A stretch of 64,000 nt of DNA from Squalus acanthias (lineage: Eukaryota). Below are positions 37,121 through 50,850 of this stretch, piece by piece. The notes under the pieces were generated by a model. That model had not been told where the DNA came from. It saw only the letters and a list, made by a program, of their open reading frames with translations, and did no database searches. A program made the position numbers and the translations under genes. The stretch covers positions 131,628,001 to 131,692,000 of the forward strand of contig CM059432.1 in the NCBI GenBank assembly GCA_030390025.1, in the 5' to 3' direction. How positions within the stretch are numbered: the stretch's first letter is position 1; each line of letters begins with the position of its first letter.

Positions 37121-40100
37121 ACCATTATTTACTGCTTATTATTAATTTAATGACAGTTCAGTGACTGGGGGGTCATTCAGGAATAACTGGCAAGGAAATT
37201 GCTAAAAAATGAGATTGTACTGCCCATGTTGGGTAAACACATAATTCTCATTTAAAAAAAAATTATATACTGCCTAAAAAGGGAGATTATCAGAGCTGCA
37301 AATATATTGTAGTCTATAAATTTGTTCAGTTCAGACTATCCAATGACAGCTGAAGGATGCAGCTGTACTGATGTATTTTAGATATATTTTTAAGATAAAA
37401 ATTAAAGCCTCAGGAAAGTGATAGATGATTTCCTTTAATTCCACTTGCTTCTGGTAACACCATGGGGACTAGAGAAAGTAAGGGTATCCAGAATTGATGC
37501 AAGATGGGATCAAAGGGAAGTAGAGAAAGATGCTGAAAAAGTGAGAAAAAAACCTCACATAGATTAATACTAAATGGAGCAAGACAAAGAATTATGGAAT
37601 GGAAGAGAAACTATTAAAGGAAAAAGGGATGCAATTTATCATCTAGTAACTAATATTAAAAAAAGCACAAGTAACATTTTCATCATGCAATTTGTGAGGT
37701 CACAGGCTAATGTTTAATTGCAGCTTTTAAGTTTGTATAATCATTTGAGCTCCTTCTAATTTTCCTTGCAGTATAATCAGTTTTTGTGAAGTACCTTCAG
37801 TGTAACTTAATTTGAGTAGGTAAGATTTATGCATGTGTTAATGTATGGAAAAATGTGCAATATCTGAGAGAATACTTTTTTTTAGCCTTTAGGGTAAAGT
37901 GTATAAAATTTAATCTTGTGTAAAGAGTGCCTGGTACAAACTGGGTGTACAGAGCACAAAAGAGAGGCCAGCGCTCTCTCTCTCTTCGCACTAGTTTAAG
38001 GCTCTGTTTGTTTCACAAGGTGGAGTGAACAAACTAAGAAACCAGACAGGCTGAGCGATGCTGAAAGATCCTTTCTCGGCCCTTGTAGATAAAGGGAAGT
38101 TCTTCCTTTGTGTGGAATGTTTATCCTGCATGAGAAATGTTTCTGGTCTCAAGTTCTGCCATAATTACTTACTGGTTGGATAACAAATGATTCCCTTTGC
38201 TATTTGCTGTTTGAATCACCTGCAAAACTTGCAGATACTGACATTCATTTAGTAAATTGAAAGTAGTTTTTTATTTGAGAATGTTACTTAAAGTTTGACA
38301 GGATAACATTTTCAAAGCTAAGAAAATGAGCAATATTTAATTATGAAAATAATGTTATAATTTTGTACTTTTCAGATTGAAAGTCATTTAAGAAAGACTA
38401 CCATTCTTTTTGGTTTCAAAATCGGACCTATTTTGATGCATGTCGGCATTTCCCCCCCCGCTCTTTTCTCACCATTTTTTCCCCTCCCCTGCCCTCTTGA
38501 AGGCATGACTCCTTGCTGGGGTACAGTTCCATGGAGGCTGTGTGTCCTTACCCAAGTGGCTGCTGTTCAAAAAGTGCACTTCCAGCAGGGGTTGGATAGC
38601 AATCAGAAGTATCTATTTTTTTCTCTCCTTAACCCTGCAGTGACTTGGCCGGGAACAGCTAACTGAGCGCAGAATGGGGATTGAAGCTGAGACCATCCTG
38701 ATCTACATGGCTTAGTTATTCACTGAATAAATTGGGGGAGTCTGCGACGTACGTCAGTCTTAAAAATAAACAGCTCCATATAGTAAATTATTCTGCAATC
38801 TATGTCGCTACAGACTCGCCGCTAGTGACATTAATATAACTCCTAACAATTTGCTCTTTTATGTATTCCATGAGAATTCATGTAGAGGAGATCATACTGA
38901 ACAGAATGACATAGAATTTACTACCAATCCAAAGTATTCTAAAAGGTTAAGTTTTTTTTTAAATGGATGCTAATTATCATCATTGAGGATGATCTCATCA
39001 AATTATCTCTCATAATCAGCTTCTTGTATCCGAAATAAATTCCACATTACATCAGACATTAAAAATACTAATCCCCTCAAACTTCCCACTGTGAACTCCG
39101 TATTGAATGGTAAATTATCAATGATTTATAAAAGGATTCTGTTTTATTTGGTGGGTGTGCTGGGTGGAACACTAGCCTTTCACCTCTGGCACCTCTGTTG
39201 GAATCCAGCTGGGATGAAAGCCTCCTCTGTTGGCTGTAACAGGCCTACGTGAAGTATGCTTGGGCAGTCTCTGCGAGCACGGGTGCATAGCATTAAAATA
39301 CTCATAAGTAGTACTAAATTGGCAATCTCAAGAGTTCACAAAGGCCGGTTAAGGAAAATGTCATTTTTGGCACAGTATGAAGGGTTTTTCTGAGGCTCTG
39401 GCATATTGCTAGAGTAGAGTAGAGGTAGCTTTACTCTGCATCTGACTATAATCTACCTGTCAATTCATCTCACTATTTTCATAACCACCATATACTAGAA
39501 ATATACAGGTGGCTGTCAGAATTATTATTATGGCAGGAGTGTTATAATTGGCCTCAGCACACCTGGGAGGCAAAAAGAATCAGTCAAAGTTCTTGATCAC
39601 TATCCAAAGTATTCACGCATGTAGATGTCAGGCAAGGACAGGATCAGCTCATCTATAATTATCCATCCTCCACCACAGTTGAATAGTCTGTTGATTTATA
39701 TTTCCCAGCCTCACACGTGAGGAATGGCTTCTTGGTACCAAAGGGCTGTGGGTGTCCATAGAGCTGTACCCCAGCATGAGCCATTGCTTTCAGGACACGA
39801 GGGGAGAATATTCGGAACAATATCTTTATTTGTATTCACATTTGTATTTAAAGCACTTGCACTTCAATTTGGTCAATTGTTTACTGCAGAAAAAGAGATT
39901 CATCCAGAAGTTTTTAAACTATATTGACTTGCAAAGGGATAAGAAAAGGAAAAATTGAAGTGCAAAAAAAACCCCAAGCTAAATCAAAACTTAACACAAT
40001 GCAAGATGCTAAAGGCTACATTTTAAATCAACAACTTCTTCAGAGTATAGCATAGCATAGTGAGCTTCTCGGAAAGAGTCGAAGTGTTAACATTTGAGAT

Positions 40101-40309
40101 TTTCAAATACAACAAAAGAATAACTAAGACAGTATGTGGTAATCCTAAAGGGATTCCTTTGATATCTATCCTGAAGAAACATTTTTCACTGAACATATTA
40201 AACCATGATGAAGGGTTTCTCTTTTTAAAAAAAAACAATTTTAGTCATCTTGACAAATGATAGAAGAGCTGAAGCATGCTCAACGGTTTTACATTATATT
40301 AATTCATGG

Positions 40310-41815
40310 AATCATAGAAATTTGTGGTACTGTGCCGGCTAAAAAAGAGCTATCCAGCCTAATCCCACTTTCCAGCTCTTGGTCCGTAGCCTTGTAGGTT
40401 ACGGCACTTCACGTGCATATCCAAGTACTTTTTTAATGTGATGAGCGTTTCTGCCTCTACCACCCTTTCAGGCAGTGAGTTCCAGACCCCCCACCCCATC
40501 CTCTGGGTGAAAAAAGTTCTCCTAAACTCCCATCTAATCCTTCTACCAATTACTTTAAATCTATGCCCCCTGGTTATTAACCTCTCTGCAAGGGGAACTA
40601 GGTCCTTCCTATCCACTCTATCGAGGCCACTCATAATTTTATACACCTCAGTCAAGTTTCCCCTCAGCCTCCCCTGTTCCAAAGAAAACAACCCCAGCCT
40701 AACCAATCTTTCCTCATAGCTAAAATTCTCCAGTCCTGGCAACATCCTCGTAAATGTCCTCTGTACCCTCTCTAGTGCAATCACATCTTTCCTGTAATGT
40801 GGTGACCAGAACTGTACACAGTACTCTAGCTGTGGCCTAACTAGTGTTTTATACAGTTCAAGCATAACCTTGTATTCTATACCTCGGCTAATAAAGGACA
40901 GTATCCCATATGCCTTCTTAACTACCTGTCCTGCTCCTGCTACCTTCAGGGATCTGTGGACATGCACACCAAGGTCCCTCTGTTCCTCTATACTTCTCAA
41001 TATCCTACCATTTCTTGTGTATTCCCTTGCCTTGTTAGCCCTCCCCAAATGCATTACCTCACACTTCTCTGGATTGAATTCCATTTGCCACTTTTCTGTC
41101 CACCTGACCAGTCCAGTGATATCTTCCTGTAGTCTACAGCTTTCTTCCTCACTATCAACCACACGGCCAACTTTTGTATCATCTACAAACTTCTTAATCA
41201 TGCCCCCTACATTGAAGTCTAAATCATTGATATATACCACAAAAAGCAAGGGACTTAGTACAGAGCCCTGCGGAACCCCACTGGAAACAGCTTTCCAGTC
41301 ACAAAAACATCCGTAGACCATTACCCTTTGCTTCCTGCCACTGAGCCAATTTTGGATCCAACTTGCCACTTTCCCTTGGATCCCATGGGCTTTTACTTTT
41401 CTGACCAGTCTGCCATGTGGGACCTTGTCAAAAGCCTTGCTAAAATCCATGTAGACTACATCAAACGCACTACCCTTATCAACCCTTCTTGTTACCTCCT
41501 CAAAAAATTCAATCAAGTTAGTCAGACACGACCTTCCCTTAACAAATCCATGCTGACTGTCCTTGATTAATCCGTGCCTTTCTAAATGACGATTAATACT
41601 GTCCCTCAGAATTTTTTCCAATAATTTGTCTACCACTGAGGTTAGGCTGACTGGCCTGTAATTACTCGGTCTATCCCTTTCTCCCTTTTTAAACAATGGT
41701 ACAACGTTGGCAGTTCTCCAGTCCTCCGGCACCACACCTGTAGCCAGGGAGGATTGAAAAATGATGATCAGAGCCTCCGCTCTTCCTCCCTTGCTTCTCT
41801 TAACAGCCTGGGATT
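40310..41815 (-). mobile_element. CR1 LINE, 5'-truncated, RT region still an open frame
   Basis: ORF 40359..41888: VPEDWRTANVVPLFKKG...QHGFVKGRSCLTNL...GVPQGSVL...KFVDD...WNSLP...GYGPRAGKWD. Confidence 0.95.
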
Positions 41816-41975
41816 GATTTGCATTCAGTATTTGACTCATTCCATAGAGATTTTCTTGCCTCCTGTGCTGCTTGACGTGGAATGTCAATTAGTTTGAGAC
41901 TACGCACAGAGCCCTAAAGAAGCATGTAAGCCAATAAAATCTTAACACTTCACTTGAGCTAGTGAATGTTAAATA

Positions 41976-42089
41976 CTAAAGCAAAAGCAAAATACTGCGG
42001 GTGCTGGAAACCGGAAATAAAAACAGAAAATGCTGGAAACATTCAGCAGGTCAGGCAGCATCTGTGGAGAGAGAGAGAGAGAGCGTTCA
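41976..42089. mobile_element. Short Penelope-type insert with about 12-bp TSD
   Basis: Same family as 11316-11452; flanks gaatgttaaata and gaatgctaaata. Confidence 0.65.
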
Positions 42090-42439
42090 GAATGCTAAAT
42101 ATGGTGTTGACCATACAATGTAGCATCAGGCATTTTGCTATAGTAGTATTTTAAGTTATAAATATTAATACGTAGCAGTATTAACTTAGTGCTAGGAATG
42201 CATTGCTTAAATTAGCTCACTGTGTCCTGCCCAGCCAAGGCATACCTCCACATAAATGATAAAGTCTAGTTGCTCCATATGATAATACAGACACCTGAAG
42301 CCCACCAATGCTTCCTGAGCTCTCCATTCATGACTCCAGTCACTTGGGCTACCCCTTCCTTTGCACCACCATTGGCGGCTGTGCTTAGGGCCTCGTGATT
42401 TGGAATTCTCTCTTGTGTTGGACCACTTCAGAGAGTCAA

Positions 42440-42680
42440 CCACATTAGTGTGGGACTGGAGTCACAAATAGGCGAGACCAGATAAGAATGGCAGATTTCC
42501 TTTCCTAAAGGATATGAGTGAACCAGTTGAGTTTTTATGGCTATCCAACAGTTTCGGGGTCGCACTTACTGATACCAAGTTTTTATTTCCCGATTTTTAA
42601 AAACTGAATTCAAATTCTCAAATTGCCACAGTGGGATTTCAACTCGCGTTCTCTGGATTACTAGTCCAGCAACATAATCA
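42440..42680 (-). mobile_element. tRNA-derived SINE (antisense)
   Basis: Reverse of the 5550-5895 family (gactggagtcaca...ttttattcc...actgaattcaaattc...gtgggattt...ctacactacc). Confidence 0.6.
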
Positions 42681-44564
42681 CTACACTACCATACCTCCAT
42701 AGTGCGGTTTGATGCAAAAGCAGATGGCCTTCTTAACTCATGCTCCTAATATTTCCTAACTTGTGTTTTTTCTATCTCCCAGATCTTTGCCTGGGAGTGG
42801 GAGATATTGAGAGGTTGCAGTGTGCATGGAACACTCTGATTGAGACTGTACATTCCAGCAATATCTCCACTTACTGAGAGCTGTGTTTGAACTTTATGAT
42901 TTTTATCATTATTTTATGATTGAGCTTAGTTGCTCTGCTTGCTATTTGCTCCATTTGTTGGGCTACTTGATGAGAATTTGTGTCTCACCACAGTATTAAT
43001 TTCTTGAACCCAAAATCTCTTTGTTTTCAAGTCAGTTTCCTGACAAGGATGTTCTAATTATATCGGGTTAAGAGATGCCTCTTAGGATTTGAAAACTTTA
43101 TTTTCTCCCTGTTACTTGAATACAGCAGGATTGGAACATTTAATTAACATTTAATAAATAAATGAATGGTATTCAGTATGAACAGTAATTATAAATTTTA
43201 CTATTTGCTGTGGGATATTAAAACAACAAAGACATATCTCCTGCACTAACCCACAATATAAAATTGATCCTCAAAACATGGTTGCTTACTTCTCAAGTGG
43301 CAAAATTCTACAATTGAGTCTGAATAGCTTTGTACCTTTTGATGGCCTCAGACTGACCTGTCAGCTGAGCACAGGCAGCCAAATAGAAGCCCCCCCCCAA
43401 TCAGAGGGTCCTGGACACAGATCTGGCAAAAGGACTACAAAGAATCTTGGCCCTGCTCCTCTCGGGGACCCAGTCCAGATAAAGCTGGCATACAAATCCA
43501 CTACACTAAGAAGAAAAATATTTGAATGGGATGGCTTGATTCACTGACCTGTGCCAAATACTTTGAATAACCTGCTAGATAAGTCAATAGCATCAGTCAA
43601 ACCCTGCATACCAAGGACTTTCTGAATTACACATGTTTATACCTTGTCCTGAGTTTGAATATCAATCAGAGAGTAATGTATATTTTCTGAAAAATTAGCT
43701 TGCAATAACCAATTTTACCCTGCAAATACCATGACCCCAAGAAAGAGGACTATAATAATGCACGATAGATAAAAAGTGCATCATTTCTATATTAGTCAGT
43801 CCATAGATACCCTTTACTTCTGCCTCCACTACAACTGTCTCATTTGGGTAGATAGGGCATGAAGATAGCAATTATCAGGCAATTAGATATTTTTTCCTCA
43901 ATCAGGACTCCTAGAAGTCATTGGAAAGTTCCATTGACCATTCAAAGACCTTGCATATAAACCCATGCTTTCATGCGTGTATATATATATATATATATTA
44001 TCATTTACATGACATTCATCTCTTGAATATTTATTTGAGAAAATCAACATGACAAAGTCCTGTTGCCACTTTTTGGATTGGTAATTGGTAAGGGTTGAAG
44101 AAGTAGAATCTACTGTACTTGAGAGGAGGCTATAGTCAGCTGTCGTAGAATAATAGATGTCAATTCCTGCTCAACATACTGAAATCTGTTGAATGGACAT
44201 GTTGTATTTTAAAGACTTGGCTATGTTTCTGGCTGGGAGACCTAATGCTACAAGTCACCAGCAGGCTTCCTTTCTGACTCAAAAAACCCTGAAAGTTCTC
44301 TTGCAGGAGAAATTTACTTAAAATAAAAGGTAGGAATACTTCAGATTGAAATACTTAACTTCAACATTTTTCTTGTAATCCCACACAGCAATGTTAGGGG
44401 ATCATGGATACGTTTGTGAGGTGCTGTGTAAACTGTATTATATAGAGTTACATAGAATCTACAGCACAGAAACAGGCCATTCAGCCCCAACCCAATGTTG
44501 GTGTTTGTGCTCCACACGTGACTCCTCCCACTCAAATTACTTCACCTCTCCCTATCAGCATATC

Positions 44565-44787
44565 ATAGAATCATAGAATCCCCACAGTGCAGATAGAGGC
44601 CATTTCGGCCCATCGAGCCTGCACCGACACATATCCCACCCTATCCCCGTAACCCCACGTATTTAATCCCCCTAACACTAAGGGTCAATTTATCATAGCC
44701 AAATCAACCTAACCCGCACATCTTTGGACTGTGGGAGGAAACCGGAGCACCCGGAGGAAACCCACGCAGACACGAGGAGAATGTGCA
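44565..44787 (-). mobile_element. HE1-like V-SINE with CR1-type tail, nested in an older CR1 tail
   Basis: V-domain reverse strand tttggactgtgggaggaaaccggagcacccggaggaaacccacgcagacacg; (catagaat)n tail. Confidence 0.85.
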
Positions 44788-46010
44788 ATATCCTTCTATT
44801 CCTTCTCCTTCGTGCTTATCTAGCTTCCCCTTAAATGCATCTATTCCTATTCGTCTCCATCACACCATGTGGTAGCGATTTCCACATTTTGAATTGTATT
44901 GCAGAATTCACACATTGTAAAGTGCAACATGTATGGTAACTTCCTATGTTTTCTGCTGTGCTCAATTGTCTCCAAAAAAGCACCTTAGCCCAAGTGGTGG
45001 AGATCTGAACGGCCAGGTGAGTGAGATATTGAAACCTGTGCAGACTTTGCAAACTTTGGATCTATGAAGAAAGAGTGGGAGAAGGCACTGGAAAATAAAG
45101 CAAATGAAGAAAAAATCATTTTAAGTGCTTATGACATCTCTCTACCTTTATGATGTAATCTTACTGTCTTGATTTTAGCTAGGTTGTCTTAAGTCATTGC
45201 CTTTCAGTCAGTTAGACTTCATTATTCAAATAAAATGCGATTAAATGGATACTTGTAGACTATCTTGCCTAATTAAGGAAAAACTGAATTATTGGCAAAT
45301 AAAACTTGTCAAGACAAAAAAATCCACTATTGCTGTTCAGTTATAATTTAAAACTTTATACCAAAAAGTACATTTTAATCATATCTAAGTAGCACACAAC
45401 TTTTTCTTAGTTTGGAGATTTAATCTGTAGTGACTGAGATTTCCTTTAAAATGATTAAAATAGATTTTTTTAAGTAGATGAAAATCTCTGGCTCTGATAA
45501 AGTGGCTCGTCAGAGGGGTAGCTGAGTTTTACCTATTTTAATGCTAATAATTCAAGCATCAAATGAGTCAATAGTAGGCTTTGTTGCAATTATAGAAACT
45601 AGATTTGTTTGGGATTGGTCATGTCCATATACTTGGCCTGCAAAGCTCCCAGAGGTAAAAGGGTAGTGCTCTCACCCCAGGTACCTCAAATTCTGCCATG
45701 CAACATAAATAATAAGATAAAATACAATAAGCAAGTTTTTTTTAAACGTTTGTGTGTGTGTGTGGCAGAACAGAGGATGTACTGGAGCTAACGGTGACAA
45801 ATTAATGTTTTAAGGCACTGAGCTGGTGGTTGTTGAAGGCACAAAAAGCCTTAACACTTGTGTTGGGTGCCAAGGGGTAAGCCTAGAACAGCTCCTTTAT
45901 AGCAAGAACAGGTGTTTTCTAAAATATTAGGCATTAAATATATAAAATTTCTTTATATTTCAATCATCAATTTATCATTTGTTTTCAATCCAAACTTACA
46001 GATTTCTTCC

Positions 46011-46110
46011 ATGCCTGTGAGAGGACATGTGCTGTGGCTAGTTATTTATTTCCTAATTTCTCTGCATTCACTTGACGTTAGTTGTCAGGAATATTCAGGC
46101 TCCATTTCTG
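46011..46110 (+). CDS. FACIT-like collagen: signal-peptide exon (exon starts at 46002)
   Basis: MPVRGHVLWLVIYFLISLHSLDVSC|QEYSGSIS, a hydrophobic signal with a V-x-C cleavage site; acceptor ttacag, donor G|gtgagt, phase 1. Confidence 0.8.
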
Positions 46111-48320
46111 GTGAGTAGGATCTGGACAACCTGTTTAATATCAGCTGATCTGGAGTTCCTTGTTCCAATGTTCTGTCTATACCGTTCCTCTACCTCTGTT
46201 TTATTTCTCTCTTCGTTTTCTGGTTTTGCCTTTCACATTTGTAAGAATATTATAGTTCTATAATCATCAAATCATGTCCAGAGCATCTTTTCGAAGTCTG
46301 AAGACTGATAGAAGACTGATAGATTTTGATAGCAAATGAAGACTAAGCATCACACAAAGCCTGTATTGGTGATCCATTTACAAAAGAAATGGTAAAGTTT
46401 GGCAATCTTTGTTCTCCGTGCATGTGGAGGATTTATTCTATTTTCTTGCCACTATATTCTTGGTAGATGTTAAACATTTGGCTTAAATGTAAACTTGTCT
46501 AACAAAAAACTTCCTTGAATTTGACTCTTTATTTAGTCTAATGTGGCACTTTTCAGATTTTCTCTAAGATAATTTTCCTTGTCATTTTTTACTAAATTGG
46601 GTAAAATGAAAGTTGTGTTTATGCCTGTTTTTTTCTCGACTGATTAATTACTTTTTCTTTAAAAAAAGATGGAAATGTTCTGGATAATGTTTTCCTGGCT
46701 GTGATGGTGTTATTTCTCTGACTTTTCTACAATATTTTGTAGTGTATAAGTTTCACAGCTTATTGCACGATTAAATTATTTCTGGCTCACAATGAATGCA
46801 AAGATTTCTAAACGTCAAGATTGTTCCGTCAACTCAAGCTGGAAGAACAGAGGTTTGCAATTTGCTTGGCAGCAGCCATTCGCTACAGAGACTGTCAGTT
46901 AAAGATTAGAAAAGTATTAGGGTTTTCTGTGTACTGTCTTTTTGACATGTTGTTTTCTCATTTCTTTATAATGAAGTGAAATGGTGAAAAAGTTCCTAGG
47001 CGCATATATCCTATGTAGAAAAATTCCAAAATGCTTTTATGCTCTCATTTAGTATTGCTGGCTTTTATTAGGCCGTGCTTCTGACTACTAACCAGTGCAC
47101 AGTGCAAACATCCTGATAATACATGTGACTTTTAGTGAAACCACCCATTCTATTTGTCCACTGAAAATAGTTTCATGCTAGATAGATCATCAAGATTAAG
47201 GCACTGAAAAGAGATTTAAGGTTTCCTGGAGCGGGTATTGTGAAAAATGTAACATTTGATTATTATATGTCTACATTAAAAGCACACTGCAGGGAGCATT
47301 TACATTTTTTGTATGGTTTATATTATAAAATGGCTAAATCCTTATGCACAAGTATATAATTAGTGGAAGGGGGATTTTAATAATGGCCAATATCTGGAGA
47401 TGTTTCAGGCAGTTGTGGATCTTGAATCTTCTGATCTCTGAATTGTGATGGGGACATTTTATTGATAGTATCAGGCAACCATACAGCTCCATTTAAAATT
47501 ATTACTTTCTAAAGATTGTTAATATTATAAATTATGAGTTAAAATAGTGCAATTAAATGCAAATGACTGGAAGAGCTGGCAAATGGTTTGAATTCTACAA
47601 ATAGCATAAACCTCCTTGTCACAATTGCCTATGCCTGCTCAGTGATGGAATACTGTAGTCCTGTTTGGCAGATATCAGAGAGAGAAAAAAATCTCTTGCT
47701 CCTGGACTCAAAAGTCACAAAGCCATTAAGATCATTGGACTGGATGAGATTCGCCTACTTCATGCGAGAGTCTATCCTCTACAGCACCAGAGAGATGGGG
47801 TCAGGCTGTTGGCCATCCACATCAACATGACTGGAACAGGACCGACAGCACTTAAGCCAGGTTTCTATATGTTTATGCTGGGAATAAAAGAGCTGCTGCA
47901 GCTTCATCTCGTCATTCTGCAGCGATCGAAAAGTCTGTACTGAATACTAGCAGCAAAGCTTCACACACCCTTCTGCCCATGGAACTGTCTCCCAAACAGT
48001 ATCATCATCATCAGGAACTGTATCACTTGCAAGTAAAACTTCAAACACACTCGAGCATCATCATGAACCAGGGTTATTGGAGCATACAATAGGCCATAGG
48101 AGAGGTCTAGGCATGCCACTTGGCATTCCAGCATGAACTCTCTGGGTTTTTGGTGCGCTAGGCAACTGTCAGGGTCATGGTCCTGAGACATCTGTTCTCC
48201 ATACTGTTGCCTCTGGCTGTACCCTGCTGTTAGCCGCCCAAGATGCAGAAAATACCCCAGTAAATCCAAAATTCAACATTACGCAAGGTTGCTGCTGAAG
48301 TTAACTATTGTTTCCTTTAG

Positions 48321-48749
48321 GAGATGATGACATACATGCCTTTGAAGGGTCTACAATTGAAGATTTGCACAGAGAGCCATCAGAAAGCACAGGATCAAGG
48401 AGCGCTTCCTCTGAGGATGAAATGTCTGGTGATGACTATAAAATCACAACAGGCATTCCCAATATTATTGAATCCCCATCAGGATTTTATCCTGAAATTA
48501 CAACACCTGCCTATGATGATCTATACAGCACAGCTTCTGGAGATCCTGACCTGGATGAAACTGGGTCCACCATGCTAACAGTGCAAATGATCACAGACAA
48601 AGATAATTCTTACACTACCCCCCCAGGTTTTTACATTCCTGCCAGAGAAGTCACTAACCTCACAACAAGAATTCCATACACGTACCCCACAGAAACACCG
48701 GATGTGGAGATGGAGTTGCTTCCCGTCCGTGATATCTCAGAGGGAGAAG
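48321..48749 (+). CDS. FACIT-like collagen: acidic Ser/Thr/Pro-rich (proteoglycan/mucin-like) exon
   Basis: 429-nt open symmetric phase 1-1 exon; acceptor tttcctttag, donor G|gtacgt; rich in D/E/S/T/P with Ser-Gly motifs. Confidence 0.8.
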
Positions 48750-49829
48750 GTACGTGACCTGGCTGGTGCGTGATGGTGCACATGCATGTAATTAAAACAA
48801 AAATGAGCTATTTGCCTCATTTTGTGTTTGCAAAATGAAGATAGAAGTGACGTCTTCAGTTCAAATAGATCATGCCACTGATCATTTGTATTATTTTTTT
48901 TTAAGTATGTATTCCCAAATCAGGAACTTTTAAGTATTGACAGGAATAAAATTGGTATTTGACGAATTTTTTTTTTTGTTCCTCCTTGTTAATTTATTTT
49001 ATCCCAATCCTGGGTCTGCCCTTGCCATGCAATATTCCAATTTGGAAGTAGTCTGTAACTAGAGCTCCTGCAAATACTGTCTTTGATTCACTTACTATGT
49101 GGTATGTGACAGCCTAACCTGCCAACTTTTAGTCTCTCTCTATGATGAGGCACCTCTCTTCTCTCTTTCTCTTTCTGACAGAGGTCAGGAACTCACCACA
49201 TGAGAGTTCAGGTGTAGACCCAGGCCCTACCACAAAGTAGCATTACGTATGTTTACTCCAGCACACTGCACATCCACACTTCAAAAAGGAATGAGAACAT
49301 GGGTCTTTTTGCTCATCCCTGCTTAATGGCTAGAATTTTTGCTTTTATGCTCACCAGCCTGTGGTTTTCCCCTGAATTAAAATGAATAGGGGGTGGGAAA
49401 TCATGGGCTTGCAAGCAGAAGCAGAAAACTTTGGCCAATATGTCAACTAATGCATTCATCGAAAGAGAAAATGAAATTTCGATCCTAACATGGTATATAA
49501 ATGGAACCCACTTTAGATCAATTCTGGTAACATAGATTTTCACTCTAGATCCAAATTAAGAATGGTAAAGCTGACAAAATAACTAAAGTTTGTTTTTCAC
49601 GGCTAATAATAAAATCTTTAACACTTTTTATTAATTAATACTAGTGTTTCTTTAAAAAACGTTAATACTTTTTTTTATGTGGATCCATGGAAGATCGAAG
49701 TCTAATTTTAAAAGTCCTTACAACTGTGACATTTATTTTTGTGCATTTTTTCAGTAAAATTCATCTGCACTGCTTTTGAAACCAAAGAGATAATGTCAAA
49801 GGACAATTTGCTACAAGCATTTGTGCCCA

Positions 49830-50850
49830 GTCCTTTTTGAACAATGTGTCACCTTCCAATGTGTGCTCACCTGTCCTACAACTCCCTGTTCAAATCCCCT
49901 CCATTTGGTTTCTGCCCTGCTCAGCATTGAGACAGTCCTAATCAAAGTCACCAATGATCTCCTCTGTGACCAAGGCACTTTATCCATTGCTGACCTCTCT
50001 ACAGTGTTTGACATGGTTGATCATTCCATCTTGCTTCATCGCCTCTCTTCAGTAGTCCACCTCAGTAGGACTGTCCTAGCCTGGTTCCATTCCTACATGT
50101 TCCAGTGCATCTCCAGCTCTTGCAAGGAGTTTCACAAGGATCTGCCCTTGGCCGCTTCCTCTTGCTTTTTGCATGGACTGAACCAGACTGGATGCAATTT
50201 GGTGTTCTGTTTGATCCTGATCTGAGCCACAAATGCTATATACTATCTATCACCAAGACCGCTTACCTCACATTGCTGACCTCAGCCCCTACCTTAGTAT
50301 CACTGTCACTAAAACATTTATTCATACCTTCATCACCTCCAGACTCTACTTCCTTACCAGTCAGCTGACCTCCAGCCTCCAAAACCTCCAAGTCATCCAA
50401 AGCTCTACACCTCCTATCCTGCGCTAAGCTCCATTTCCCCAGCACCCACGTCCTTGTTGATCTATGTTTGTTCCCCATTCCACAACAGATCAAATTTAAA
50501 ATCCTTGTCCTCATTTACAAATCCCCCTCATGTCCTCACTCCACCTTCCCTCTGTAACCTTCTGCATCCTTCGGTCCTCTAACTCTGGCCTGCTGTGTAT
50601 CGCCCTCTTCCTTCCCACTGCACCTTTTGTGGCAGAACCTTCAGCATTACCAATCCTACTCCTTGGACTCTTTCCCCAATCCCCTCCATCTCTCTACCTC
50701 CCTCATCACTTTTAAAAGTTTTCTCAAGTCAGAGTTTTATGACCAAGATTTTGGTCACCTCTTCTAACTTTCTTGCAAAGACTCGGCATCTATTCCTTTA
50801 CTCCTCTGTGAGTACATTGGGATGCTTATCTCCCTTAAAGATGCTGAATA
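49830..50850 (+). mobile_element. Old L2 LINE (RT fragment)
   Basis: STETVLIKVTNDLL-like motif, DLSTVFDMVDHSILLHRLS, AWFHSY; IHTFITSRL. Confidence 0.8.
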
